Below are positions 27,470-41,929 of a DNA stretch of 64,000 nt, piece after piece (the first letter of the stretch is position 1; each line of letters starts with the position of its first letter). The translations under genes and the position numbers were made by a program. The stretch is taken from NCBI GenBank assembly GCA_009914755.4, contig CP086569.2, positions 6,912,001 to 6,976,000 on the forward strand. The letters are read 5' to 3'. This stretch comes from the human T2T-CHM13v2.0 reference genome, Homo sapiens. The notes below the pieces were generated by a model. The model saw only the letters and a list, made by a program, of their open reading frames with translations. It was not told the DNA's origin and searched no databases.

Positions 27470-27640
27470 TTTGTTTTTTGTTTTTTAGAGACAAGGTGTT
27501 GCTCTGTCGCCCAGGCTGGAGTGCAGTAGGGGTGCAATCAATAGCTCAGCTGCAGCCTCAAACTACAGGGCTCAAGTGATCCTCCTGCCTCAGTCTCCCA
27601 GGTAGCTGGGACTACAGGGACACACCACAATGCACAGCTC
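27470..27640 (-). mobile_element. Alu (partial)
   Basis: ttttttgttttttagagacaaggtgttgctctgtcgcccaggctggagtgcagtaggggtgcaatc...tagctgggactacagggacacaccacaatgcacagc. Confidence 0.8.
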
Positions 27641-27777
27641 ATTCTCTCATAAGATGGAGAGAAGAGAAGAGAGGAGGACATAAAACTGTCCATATGACTA
27701 GTTTGGGCCTTTCCATCCTGCTTAATCCAGAACTGTCAAGGTTAGACCCTGGTCATTCTTTAATATGTTTGAAAAAT

Positions 27778-28078
27778 ACGGCTGGGCACGGTGGCTCACA
27801 CGTGTAATCCCAGCACTTTGGAAGGCCAGGGTGAGAGGATCACTTGAGTCCAGACGTTTGAGACCAGCCTGGGCAACATAAGAAGACCCCACTGCTACAA
27901 AGGGGGAAAAAAATCAGCCATGCATGGGGACGCATGCCTGTGGTCCCAGCTATTCGGGGGGCTGAGACGGGAGGATTGCTTGAGCTCGGGAGGTAGAGGC
28001 TTCAGTGAGCTGCGATTGTGCTACTGCACTCTAGCTTGTGTGACAGAGTGAGACCCTGCCTCAATTAAAAAAAAAAAA
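27778..28078 (+). mobile_element. Alu
   Basis: ggctgggcacggtggctcacacgtgtaatcccagcactttggaaggccaggg...ctagcttgtgtgacagagtgagaccctgcctcaattaaaaaaaaaaaa. Confidence 0.9.
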
Positions 28079-29349
28079 AAGAAAAATAGACCTTCCTTCT
28101 ATACAATGTCTTCCCTGCTGGCCTCCATGCCCTCGTACCTGTTTAAAAATCCACTGGAATTTTTCACCAGGACATAGAAAAAGGAAGTTGTCTCACGCAG
28201 TTCCTGTTAAATTGCACAAGTCCACACAGATCCTTGCAACCCACGCTACCATTTACTTAGCATGCGTTGTGTGTGGGCATTACATTATTCTCCGAGGTAG
28301 TTATTTTGGATGTTATACTGGGGAGGTACCCCATCAAAGAGATTTGGAGGGCAACCTGTGGAGGGTTCTTTTAAAATTGTTGACAACTAATTTGGTGGAT
28401 GTTTTCACCTTGGTGAATCGTTCCCTTGGGAGTCATTTTGCAGAACAAAGGGGTTGCACACAGGTGTGGCCAGAGAAACCTTGGCACAGAAGAAAGAAGT
28501 GCTTTGTCATGCTTAGGGCACCTGGGATCTCTTTGGATGGGCAGGCAGAGGGGAACTCTGTGAAGCCTGCCTGCATTTATTTGGGTATGCATGCTTATGT
28601 TGGAGTCTTGGCAATAAGAGGACCAGAGTGGAGGGAACAGAACTGTTAACAGAAAGGGTCCAGATTCAGACACCAAGAGAGGGTTCTTGGATCTCGCGCA
28701 AGAAAAAATTCAGGGCAAATCCATAGAGTAAAGTGAAAGCAAGTTTACTGAGAAAGTAGAGGAATAAAAGAATGGCTCCTCCATAGGCAGAGCGGCCTCG
28801 AGGGCTGCTGGTTGCCCATTTTTATGGCTATTTCTTGATTATATGGTAAATGAAAGGTGAATTATTCATGCCTCCCCTTTTTAGACCAAATAGGGTAACT
28901 TCCTGATGTTGCCGTGGCATTTGTAAACTGTCATGGCGCTGGTGGGAGTATAGCTGTGAGGACAACCAGAGGTCACTCTTGTCGGCGTCTTGGTTTGGGT
29001 GGGATTTGGCCAGCTTCTTTACCGCAACCTGTTTTATCAGCAAGCTCTTTATGACCGGCATCTTGTGCTGAACTCCTATCTCATCCCGTGACTTAGAATG
29101 CCTTAACCATCTGGGCACACAGCCCAGCAGGCTTCAGCCTCATGTTAACCAACACCTCTTCAAGATGGAGTTGCTCTGGTTCAGATGCCACTGACAGAGC
29201 TAGCTTATAGTTGGGACAATGTCATAGGGAATTATTCTTAAAAGATTGCAAAATCCAGCTTGGATGAGATTCCAGAAATCAAAAGGGTGTTGAGAAAGCA
29301 ACTTGTCTAGAATTTCCTCTTCATGGGCTGTTGATTCTGTTCGCAATCA

Positions 29350-29975
<626 letters not shown>

Positions 29976-30200
29976 CGAAAGAAAAAAAGAAACGGACATA
30001 AAATATAAAAAGAAAGAAAACAGAAAAAAAAATATATTTATATAGAAAGAAATCTGTAATGATGCAAAACATTCCGTGGACACGAATAGAATAGTTGTTA
30101 TGCGTGATTTTGTTTATTAAAGCTTTTTTTAGTTCATCCGTAAAGTTTAGTGTTTTCTTTTGAGAACAAATTCTGTCTTGTCAACTTCATTGATTTTCAG

Positions 30201-30590
<390 letters not shown>

Positions 30591-31214
30591 TCTCAAAATA
30601 TTCCCTACACAGTTGAATAGAAATTGTTGTTGGATGTGATTTTATCTGTTAAGGCTTTTGTTTAGTTCATTGTTAAACAGTTCAGTATTTTATTTTGAGC
30701 ACAGATTCCGGTTTATCAGTTGCACTAATCTTTGCAAAGAAACTACTTTGGGTTTCTTTAATGTTTCTGTGTTGACTTCCTGTTTTCAGTTTCATTGCAG
30801 TTTGCTCTGGTTTTTCTTTTGTTTTTCTCCACTCATTTTAGGTTTCTGGAATTTTCCTGAAGCATTGCATGCTGATACAGATTCTGAGCTGGTGCTTTGA
30901 CTGTCACAAGCCAGAGGGTCCTAGAAGAAGTAGAATCATAACTGAGGAAAACTTAGGAAACCCCATCCGTTCTGCCTTTCAAAGGTCTTCAGGGCAGCGC
31001 CACGTTTCACCACCTGATTTTGGTGTTTCACAGTCTGATGTGTTCATAGCTTTTGACTATTAAACTGATTGAGCTCTGCGTTTTTTAAATTTCTGTTACC
31101 CTGCTGGTGCTGTTTGAGCTCCAGCTTCCTCCTCTGTGTAATCAGTATCCCTAGTTGCCTCTTTACCCAAAAAGCCACAGAAATAAGTGCAGAGAAAACA
31201 GGTTAGCTGCCACC

Positions 31215-31840
31215 TGCGACAGAAGCGTGTCCTTAAATGTGTCCCTGGTCTCCTGGCCACATCACTCCAGTCTCTGCCTCTGTCTCCAAATGGGGCCTTC
31301 TCTTCTGTGTCTCTGTCTCGTCTTCTGTGTCTTTATTTTATTTATTTATTTGAGATGGCGTTTCAATCTTTTGCCCAGGCTGGAGTACAGCGGTGTCATC
31401 TCGACTCACTGCACCATCCACCTCCTGGGTTCAAGTGATTCTCCTGCTTCATCCTCCTGAGTAGCTGGGATTATAGGCACCTGCCACCACCCCTGGCTTA
31501 TTTTTTCCATTTTTAGTAGAGACAGGATTTCACCATGTTGCCCAGGCTGGTCTCAAACTCCTGTCCTCCAGGTGATCCACATGGCTCGACCTCGCAAAGT
31601 GCTGGGATTACAGGCATAAGCCACTGTGCCTGGCCATTTTTTATTCATTCTCTTTTGTCTCTTAGAAGGACACTCGTTGTTGGATTTGGGTCCCACCCTA
31701 AATCCAGGATGGCCTCATCTGGAGATTGTTTACTTAATAGAAACTACAATGACCCTATTTTCGAATAAGGCTCTATTCACAGGTACCAGGGGTTAGGATG
31801 TGGACATATTTTTGGGGGGCACCATTCAACCTAATCCACC
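31215..31840 (-). mobile_element. Old L1 3'-end fragment (31215-31330 and 31650-31840) split by a nested Alu (31335-31635, - strand)
   Basis: ctggccacatcactccagtctctgcctctgtctccaaatggggccttctcttctgtgtctctgtctcgtc [Alu: tttgagatggcgtttcaatcttttgcccaggctggagtacagcggtgtc...gctgggattacaggcataagccactgtgcctggcc] ...agaaggacactcgttgttggatttgggtcccaccctaaatccaggatggcctcatc...ttcacaggtaccaggggttaggatgtggacatatttttggggggcaccattcaacc. Confidence 0.55.
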
Positions 31841-32290
31841 CCTCAACCTCAGTACGTCCACTGCGTTCAACATGAACTGTGTCTCCTTCTTTCCCCAAAC
31901 AGAACAACTTAAGAGATCCTGTGCACCTGTACACCTTGCGTAGGTCATCAGCACTCACTGCTTATATGCCTAAGTTCTAAGCTGTGATCATCTCCACCCT
32001 CCCTCTTGCAGCCCAGTTGAGCCCATTCTCTGCCCAAGCACCTTATAAACAGGCCATTAACCCTCCATCTCCATATGTTTCACGCCCTTATTTCATACAT
32101 TATAGTATTTAATGTTCTTTTACTGATTTTTCGCAGGGTGGAAAATGTCAAGGAAAGGAACTGAGTTTGACAGTTTTAAATTCATACATTCTGCTGTCAA
32201 CATTACTTTGAAACAATTATTTAATGCAGTGCATCGGTTTCATTTAACATAAACCTATGTAGATGAAATATTTTGATAGTCACATTTTAA

Positions 32291-32754
<464 letters not shown>

Positions 32755-32769
32755 TCCACCCATCTGTAG

Positions 32770-33480
<711 letters not shown>

Positions 33481-33794
33481 TTTTACATTTTTTGAAGTGC
33501 ATTTTCCACATGGCCACCTCTCTTGGAGTGCCTGTGAGGAACACAATGCTGTCCTTCTTGATGTCTCTGCAGGGCCACTGCGACGCTGTCTTCTTGCAAA
33601 GATTTCTGTCCATGATGTCTCAACATTGAATGTTTGGGTTTTTTTCTCTTGCATTTTAGGGAGAATTGGGGCTCATCCATCCTCACCTTCTCTCTCCCAT
33701 TGAATTGGTGCATCCTGTTTTGTTAGCACCTGGAATGCCCATGTTCAAGGTTCTTTAAGCACCTCAGTTTAAGGAAAGAAATGCAGAATTTTGT

Positions 33795-34098
33795 TTTTGT
33801 TTTTTTTTTTTTTGAGACGGAGTCTTGGTCTGTTGCCCAGGCTGGAGAGTACGCAGTGGCGCAGTCTTGGCTCACTGCAAGCTCTGCCTCCCGGGTTCAT
33901 GCCTTTCTTCTGCCTCAGCCTCCTGAGTAGCTGGGACTACAGGCACCCGCCACCACATCTGGCTATTTTTTTGGATTTTTAGTAGAGACGGGGTTTTGCC
34001 ATTTTAGCCAGGATGATCTCGATCTCCTGACCTCGTGATTCCCCTGCCTCAGCCTCCCAAAGTGCTGGGATTACAGGTGTGAGCCACTGTGCCCGGCT
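33795..34098 (-). mobile_element. Alu
   Basis: T-run, then gagacggagtcttggtctgttgcccaggctggagagtacgcagtggcgcagtc...gtgctgggattacaggtgtgagccactgtgcccggc. Confidence 0.9.
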
Positions 34099-34340
34099 GA
34101 GGCTTAGGAATTCTTATAGTTGACTGACATTTACAATTTATTAAGGAACTTACTTTTTAAGTGTATAATCCTCAAAACATCTTTAAAAAAATGGTGATTT
34201 TTTTGTTATCCAAGTTACTTTGACATCAGCCATTTGCTGACCCACCACATAATTTCTCATTATGTTACCTTATTACTGGCTGAGTTAATATGCTTACTAG
34301 GGACCTGTATATGACTTTTCCAATTAAAAGTAAGTTAAGT

Positions 34341-34650
34341 CTGGGCGCAATCGCTCACGCCTGTAATCTCAGCACTTTGGGAGGCTGAGGTGGGAGGATC
34401 ACTTGAGCCCAGGAATTTGAGACCATCCTGGGCAACAAAGAGATCTCAAAAACAAAATTAGCCAAACATGGTGTTGCATGCCTGTAGCATCAGCTGCTTG
34501 GGAGGCTGAGGCGGGCTGATGGGTTGAGCCCAGCAGTTTATGCTGCAGTAAGCTGAGATTGCATCACTGTGCTCTAGCCTGTGGGACAGAGTAAGACCTG
34601 TCTCTAAAAAAATTAATTAATTAATTAATTAAAAATAAATAAATAAAAGT
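34341..34650 (+). mobile_element. Alu with a (TTAA)/(AAAT) tail
   Basis: ctgggcgcaatcgctcacgcctgtaatctcagcactttgggaggctgaggtggg...gctctagcctgtgggacagagtaagacctgtctctaaaaaaattaattaattaattaattaaaaataaataaataaaag. Confidence 0.85.
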
Positions 34651-34824
34651 AAGTCCAAATGGAGATGGTTGGTGGTGTTGGTGGGAATGGATGACATTAT
34701 GAATGTATTTAACACCACTAATCTGTACACTTAAAAATTGTTAAGATGGTAAATTTTATGTTGTGCATAGCTTACCATAATTAACAAATAATAGATTTAA
34801 AACAAACAAAGTAAGTATATTCAG

Positions 34825-34960
34825 TGCCAGGTGTAGTGGCTCACACTTGCAATCTTAGCACTTTGGGGCATTGAGGTGGGAGGATTGCCTAAAGCCAGGA
34901 GTTCAAGACCAGCCTGGGCAACAGAGTGAGACCCCATCTTAAAAAAAAAACAAAAACCAA
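34825..34960 (+). mobile_element. Alu monomer-like fragment
   Basis: gccaggtgtagtggctcacacttgcaatcttagcactttggggcattgaggtgggaggattgcc...ctgggcaacagagtgagaccccatcttaaaaaaaaaa. Confidence 0.75.
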
Positions 34961-35292
34961 AAGAAGAAAACATTCACTTTCTTTCTGGATCATAAGTAGA
35001 GACCCAGACCTGCCTATGTGTCTTCAATGGACATCTTAAGACTTATGTTTTGGACATATCAGACTTTTGGAATAAAGGAGCTGAGTTGGGAGTGCAAACT
35101 CCTCTTCTTGTCCATTGCTCTGTGGCAGGAGATTTTGCTCTCAGCCCCCACTTACTGGTGTGAGATCCTTGATTCTGGAAGGTGAGCTGTGCTGTTCAGC
35201 CCACAGGTCCTCATGAATGTCTATATTCAGTGCCACGCAGAATAAGAAGAAACACACACCAGCTCTGTTTCTATGAAGCTTACTTTTTGTTG

Positions 35293-35585
35293 TTGTTGTT
35301 GAGAGGGGGTCTTGCTCTGTCTCCCAGGCTGGAGTGCAGTGGTGCAGTCATGGCACTTATTGCAGCCTCTACCTCCTGGGCTCAAGAGATCCTCCCTGCT
35401 CAGCCTCCTGCGTAACTGGGACCACAGATGTGCACCACCATGCCCAGCTAATTTTTAAATTTTTTGTAGAGACAGGGTTTCGCCATGTTGCCTGGGCTGG
35501 TCTTGAATGCCTGGGCTCCGGTGATCCACCTGCCTTGGCCTCCCAAAGTGCTAGGATTACAGACATGTGCCACCGAGCCTGGTTT
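35293..35585 (-). mobile_element. Alu
   Basis: gttgttgttgagagggggtcttgctctgtctcccaggctggagtgcagtggtgcagtc...gtgctaggattacagacatgtgccaccgagcctgg. Confidence 0.9.
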
Positions 35586-35954
35586 TGCTTACTTTTTCTT
35601 TTTTTTTTTAAGTTCCTCTTAGCCTATCTTGGGGAGGTGGGTCAGTGTTATTCAGATGTACATACAACACAATCACCCACACTGGGAGAAGTCCTTGCTA
35701 AATGGATAGGGCTGGGTAACCACTGCCACATGGGACATTTGGGAAGCCGATGTTTGAATGTTTTCACGCTTACAGATGCATTCATTTACTACGTTTATTA
35801 TTCTGTGTGATATGCTTTCTGTGTGTTATTTCACTTAAACCCAGTGGGGGTAAATATTGTGATCCCTATTTGGTAGATGAATTTTAGAGAGGTTAGAGGG
35901 CTTGTCACAGTCACACAGCTTTTAATCTTGATGGGATGACACCTCTAGAATGAG

Positions 35955-36180
35955 GCTTAATAGTGAGATGGCTGCGGAAGGAAAAAAGTAGGAAGGAGAG
36001 CAAGAGAGAAGGAAGGAAGGAAGAAAGTAGGGAGAAAGGAAGGAAAGGAGAGGGAAGGAAGGGAAAAAGTAGGAAGGAAAGAAAAGGAAGGAAAGAAGCA
36101 GACAGGAAGGATGGAAAGAAGGAATGAGAGGAAAGTAGGAAGGAAACCGATGAAAGGAGGGAAGGGCGAAGGAACAGGTC
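35955..36180 (+). repeat. Purine-only (GGAA/GAAA/GGA)n tract
   Basis: ggaaggaaaaaagtaggaaggagagcaagagagaaggaaggaaggaagaaagtagggagaaaggaaggaaaggagagggaaggaagggaaaaagtaggaaggaaagaaaaggaaggaaag... Confidence 0.9.
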
Positions 36181-36247
36181 CCCTGTTCAGGTGAGTTTAT
36201 TCCCAGGAAGGACCCAAGATGAAAAGTGTGTAAGAATTGTTTTAGGA

Positions 36248-36440
36248 CAGGCATTGTGGCTCATGCCTGTCATCCCAGCACTTTGAGAGGCTGAGGCACG
36301 AGGATTGCTTGAGGCCAGGGGTTGAAGACTGCCCTGGGCAACACAGCAAGACCCTGTCGCTATAAAAAATAAATAAAATTAGCTGAGTGTGGTGGCTTGT
36401 ACCTGTAGTCCCAGCTACTCAGGAGACTGACACAAGAGGT
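36248..36440 (+). mobile_element. Alu (truncated)
   Basis: caggcattgtggctcatgcctgtcatcccagcactttgagaggctgaggcacgaggattgc...gctgagtgtggtggcttgtacctgtagtcccagctactcaggagactgac. Confidence 0.8.
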
Positions 36441-36470
36441 TTAGGGAAAATGAAAAACAGAACAAAAAAC

Positions 36471-36770
36471 AGGCCGGGCATGGTGGCTCGTGCCTGTAAT
36501 CCCAGCATTTTGGGAGGCCAAGGAGGGTGGATCAGGAGGCCAGGAGTTCAAGACCAGCGTGGCCAAGATGGTGAAACCCCGTCTCTACTAAAAATACAAA
36601 AAAATTACCCAGATGCGGTGGTGGGCACCTGTAATCCCAGCTACTTGGGAGGGTAAGGGAGAAAATTGCTTCAGCTGGGGAGGCAGAAATTGCAGTGAGC
36701 CAAGATGGTGCCACTGCACTCCAGCCTGGGTGACAGAGTGACACTCTTGTCTCAAAAAAAAAAAAAAAAA
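36471..36770 (+). mobile_element. Alu
   Basis: ggccgggcatggtggctcgtgcctgtaatcccagcattttgggaggccaaggagggtggatc...ccagcctgggtgacagagtgacactcttgtctcaaaaaaaaaaaaaaaaaaaa. Confidence 0.9.
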
Positions 36771-36776
36771 AAAAAA

Positions 36777-36955
36777 ATTAGCTGGCTGTGGTGGTGCATG
36801 CTTGTAATCCTAGCTACTTGGGAGTCTGAGGCCAGAGGATTGCTTGAACCCAGGAAGTGGCGGTTGCAGTGAGCTGTGATTGTGCCACTATACTCCAGTC
36901 TGAGCCAAAGAGAGGACTCCATCTCACATAATAAAAATAAAAATAAATAAATAAA
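36777..36955 (+). mobile_element. Alu right-arm fragment with an (AAATA)-type tail
   Basis: ttagctggctgtggtggtgcatgcttgtaatcctagctacttgggagtctgaggccagaggattgcttgaacccagg...ccagtctgagccaaagagaggactccatctcacataataaaaataaaaataaataaataaaaa. Confidence 0.8.
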
Positions 36956-37483
36956 AACAGAAACGAGAACACAGACACACACAGAGGATGGCCTGGTGAG
37001 GACACAGGAAGATGGCATCTCCAAGCCATGAGAGAGGTCTCAGGGGGAACCAGCCCTGCCCACACCTTGATGTCTGACTTCCATCCTCCAGGCCTGTGGG
37101 AGAAGAAAGTTCTCTTTAAGTCCCCTCGTCTGTGTGGTGTTATTATGGTAGTCTGAGCAAAATACTTTATTTAGATAGAAGTCTGCCAGAATTAGGGCCC
37201 TGTAATGCTTTCCAGGATGAATTGAGGTCAGAGCATAGTTCGTAGGTTCTTTTTTACATTTACTATTAGCCACTAGATTTTTTTTTCAGTAGACTAGCAA
37301 ATACTGCAGAAGCTGAATTAGACGACAGCTTAAGTCAGATCTTTATGCACCTCAGAATATTTGTACTGATTAAAAGAAATAACCAACACTTGATAGGGGG
37401 AAAGATTGAGACACAGAAAGTAGTCTCTCCCTGTGACCAATCCTAACAAATTCTTGCTTAACTACCTTATTTTTTTTGGATGA

Positions 37484-37898
<415 letters not shown>

Positions 37899-38264
37899 CT
37901 AGTTTACAATTTGAACTTGGTTTTTCATCTCGGCTCCTTTGAAGACTTCTGTCTTCTCCCATGTTTGGGGCAGCTGTGTGTTGTGGACATTCCTTAGTGA
38001 TCGGCCTGGGAAGGCTCAGACATGTCTAGGCTGCCTTTGTAGGAATAGGGATTAGTAGCTCCTTAGCCCCACTCTTTCCTGGGATGTTGCTGTTTGCTGA
38101 GGTCTGCACAGTTCAGACCACCCTGGAAGCCTCTCTCAGGTTCTCAGAGATGGTGGAGTTATACCTTTGACCGTGAGCTCGCAGCATTGCTAGGGAATGT
38201 ACTTGGCTAAATTTGGAACTATTTGGTTGAATTTGTACCCCTTGGGCATATTTGCTTTGGTAAC

Positions 38265-38560
38265 ATACCACAGACTGGGTGCCTTAAAATAACAGAAGTT
38301 AATTGTTTCACAGTCCTGGAGACCACAACTCTGAAGTGCAGATGCAGCAGGGCTGTGCTCCCTCTGCGGGCTCTAGGGGAGGCTCCTTCCTGCCTCTCCC
38401 AGCTCCTGGGGGCTCCAGGCGTCCCTGAGCTTGTGGCCGCATCACTGCGGTCTCTGCCTCCGTCTCCACGTGGCCTTCTCCTCTGTGCCTGTGTCTTCTC
38501 TTCTTCTCTTACAGGAACACCCGTCATTGTGTTTAGGGTCCACTCCAATTTTGGATGACC
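38265..38560 (-). mobile_element. Old L1 3'-end fragment, copy 1 of a local tandem duplication
   Basis: taccacagactgggtgccttaaaataacagaagttaattgtttcacagtcctggagaccacaactctgaagtgcagatgcagcagggctgtgctccctctgcgggctctaggggaggctccttcctgcctctcccagctcctgggggctccaggcgtccctgagcttgtggccgcatcactgcggtctctgcctccgtctccacgtggccttctcctctgtgcctgtgtc... Confidence 0.55.
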
Positions 38561-38689
38561 TCACCTTGAGATCTTTAACTTAATTACATCTGCAAAGACC
38601 CTTTTCCCAAATGAGGTCTCATTTACAGGTTCTGTGGGTCAGGACATGGACATATCTTTCTGGGAGACCATAGTTCAGTCCACTACAGT

Positions 38690-38885
38690 TGTATCCAGTT
38701 GTTTCTGGAGGCTCCAGGGGAAGCTCCTTCCTGCCTCTCCCAGCTCCTGGGGGCTCCAAGTGTCCCTGGGCTTGTGGCCGCATCACTCTACTCTCTGTGT
38801 CTTTCTCCAGGTGGCCTTCTCCTCTGTGTCTGTGTCTCCTTATTAGTTTCACCACTCATATTGGACTGCCTCCAGGATGACCTTA

Positions 38886-38929
<44 letters not shown>

Positions 38930-39170
38930 TTTTTAAATTTCATTTTTTTAAAAAGTGGAGACGGGGTCTTGCTGTCTTTCCCAGACTGGTCTCGAATGCC
39001 TGTGCTGGGATTACAGGGGTGAGCCACTGTGCCCAGCCTTTGTGTATATCTTAATCACATCTGCAAAGACCCTGTTTGCAACTAAGGTCCCATTCACAGG
39101 TACCAAGGATTAGGATGTCAACGTATCTTTTCCAGGGCACCCCATTCAACGCACACAAAGTAGGGAGAGG
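38690..39170 (-). mobile_element. Old L1 3'-end fragment, copy 2 of the tandem duplication; contains a (TA)n run at about 38885-38920, a T-run and a short Alu piece at about 38940-39040
   Basis: ggaggctccaggggaagctccttcctgcctctcccagctcctgggggctccaagtgtccctgggcttgtggccgcatcactctactctctgtgtctttctccaggtggccttctcctctgtgtctgtgtc is about 90% identical to 38330-38500. ...atctgcaaagaccctgtttgcaactaaggtcccattcacaggtaccaaggattaggatgtcaacgtatcttttccagggcaccccattcaacg. Confidence 0.55.
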
Positions 39171-39807
39171 GGAGATTGGCTGTGTTTAGGTGACCTGTGA
39201 AAGGCCGAGCTAGCTGTGCGGTGTTGCTCTTGCAGCACAGAGGAAGAACTGGGCTCAGATGGTGTCAGCTGTTGGTGTCTGAGATCATCCGTGAATCTAC
39301 TCCCGGGAATGTGCTGCAGTGAGACACGGTCCTTCTCCCGTCACCTTCCTCACCCCATCCCATATACCCATGGACCCCAAGGGAAAGTACTCAGGGTTGG
39401 TTGGTTTCTTTTCCGTTTTGTGACCGCGTGAAATTCCATGTCACGGTCCCTGTGTTTATTCCATACAGATCTCCTAAAGTGTTTTGAGTTCTAGCAAAAT
39501 TTAAAAATATAACCAAAGAAACTTAAATCCTTGTTTCTCCTCTTTCTGGACACTTCTTTAGTATGAATGGCCTGCTGTCTTCCCTCTGTTTCTGCTGGCC
39601 GCCACGTTCCTTCCCTCCAAAGTCACAGGCAAGAGGGATTTAGGGTTTGCTGGGCTTGAGGAAGAGAGGAAAAGCCCATCTCTTTTCACAGTGAGAAACA
39701 TGTTTTTTGCGCTTTCTCATACCCCACTTTGTACATTTTAAAATTTAATTTTTCTTTAGATTTCTGAACCGAGAGATTTTATTTATGTATTTATTTATTT
39801 ATTTATT

Positions 39808-39995
39808 TATGAGACAAAATCTCCTTCTGTTGCCCAGGCTGCAGTGCAATGGTGCAGTCTCAGCTCTGCCACCTCCGCCTGCCAGGTTCAAGAGATTCTC
39901 ATGCCTCAGACTCTGGAGTAGCTGGGATTACAGGTACCTGCCACCACGCCTGGCTAATTATTTTTGTATTTTTACTACAGACGCGGTCTCACTAA
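39808..39995 (-). mobile_element. Alu (truncated)
   Basis: gagacaaaatctccttctgttgcccaggctgcagtgcaatggtgcagtctcagctctgccacctccgcctgccaggttcaagagattctcatgcctcagactctggagtagctgggattacaggtacctgccaccacgcctggctaatt. Confidence 0.8.
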
Positions 39996-41534
39996 AATTA
40001 AAAGAAAAGACATAAACTGCACATCAGATTTCCCTCGTGCGTAACACTACTACTTAGCTTGGAGAGAGATGGAGGGGATCTCTAGGGTGGGGAATGGACC
40101 ACTTACCTTCAAGATCTCTCTTTATCAGGAAGGAAATATCTGACCTGCCTAGAAACACTTGAAAATACTCTTTTTTTATGTCTTATTGGGCAAAGCTGGG
40201 TCAGATGGCCACCCTTAGCTGCAGAGAAGGCTACAAATAGGCATTTTCTACTCAAGTGGGATAATGGTTATCTGGCAAATGTGTACTGGAGAGCCTCAGG
40301 AAAATCTACCAGCACCATTAAATGTTGCCTTTGTCTTCTGTGCACTTAAGCTGATAAACTTTAAACATTACAGCATGCCACTTCTGTCTGCTTTGAATAA
40401 GGTTGTTTACCGACATACTTCTGCAATCTGATTGTGGCATTGGTGGGACTGGCCACATCTACCCCAGGGTAGCACAAAGATCTGCTGCAGTGCATAAATA
40501 ACGTGTTTTGAGTTTTGTGTGTTTATAACTCACACAGCTCAGAGAAGGCTTTAGTCACAGAAGTGTAAAAAATCTGTGGAGTCATAGCTGTTGTTCTTAA
40601 AGTAGGCATGGAGAATTATCTCCATTGAGGGTCAAATACAAGTGCTAAGAAGACAGAATGTTATGCGGTAAACACAGCCAAGTAATAAATGGTTTTCTTG
40701 GAGTGGGTGATAGAGAAAGATAAATAAGGAGGAAGGAAGCAGACAGAGGAAGAAAAGTCAAGGACCATATTTATTGCATTATTAGAATTTTAGGGTGTGG
40801 CAAGAATTTAATGTTTCCTAATAATATGCAAGTTCTGTTGGAAAGAAGAGCAACAGGAGACTAAAAGGCTGCTCTGTTGCCCATTTCATAGGTCCAATGG
40901 CAGGATAAGCTTGGGTTGGATGCCAGTGTTCCTGATTCCTAATTGTGTTTTATCCGGTTGAAACATCAGTGGCTGTAGTTAAAAACACCTAAATTTTATT
41001 AATTCACAGTCCTGAAAGCCCTTCTTCCACTTCCTGTCTTTGACCTGATTACACCTAATTTTGTCCACAGGATGTTACACTGTTAGTAATAAAACCTATT
41101 TTATTTCCAAATTAACCAAGAGAATATACTTTAAAAATTTACTATTTTCATTATTTGTTTACTTTTTTTAAAAAATTGAACACTTGTCAGCTATTGACAT
41201 TGTTTACTTCTTACACTTTCTCTTTATTTTGGAGTTTACTTTCTATTTCTGCCATAATAAAATATTCGTTATTGGAAACTTTACTTAAAAAGCAAAGGTT
41301 GCTTCTCCGCCTTTCCCAGTTGCCCTATAAGCTAGTAAATTCATCATTCATTAGCTTATATATTTTACAACACGGGGATTTTAGTTTACAGCAAATACTT
41401 TAAAAAATTCTTTTCATGTTACAATGTGCAATCAATGGCATTCCAGACTCTTGGAAGGAAATCCATTGTATGGTTGTGTTCTTTTTTTTCTTCTCAAACC
41501 AATAAAAAATTCCCAGTCACAATTTTAAAAATTA

Positions 41535-41690
41535 TCTGTCCTTGGTGGTGCACAGCCCATAGTCCCAAATGCTTGGGCTGACGTGGGAGGATTGCTTGAG
41601 CCTGGTAGGTCAAGGCTGCAGTGAGCTATGATTGCACCACTGCACTCCAGCCTGGGCAACAGAGAGAGACCCTGTCTCAAAAAAATAGAC
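41535..41690 (+). mobile_element. Alu fragment
   Basis: tccttggtggtgcacagcccatagtcccaaatgcttgggctgacgtgggaggattgcttgagcctggtaggtcaaggctgcagtgagctatgattgcaccactgcactccagcctgggcaacagagagagaccctgtctcaaaaaaa. Confidence 0.8.
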
Positions 41691-41929
41691 GAAACAACAT
41701 AACGTGATCCACCCTCTAAGCAAATTTTCATGTATACAATTTCACTATTGTATATGTGAGATTTTTATATATGAAATTTCACATGTCAATTCAGTATTGT
41801 TAACTGTAGGAACTGGGTGTATGGTCAATCTCCGTGGTTTATGTATGTTGCTCATCCTTTAATCAATATATTTCCCCTTCCCTATCAAGGCCTATCTTCT
41901 GATAACTGTCTCTCTACTCTCTACTTCTA

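Noticed and set aside
28188-28649. 153 aa plus-strand ORF in unique intron 1 sequence
   Set aside because: It has no flanking splice-site consensus, no recognisable domain, and ordinary composition. It is consistent with a chance ORF in 29 kb of intron.
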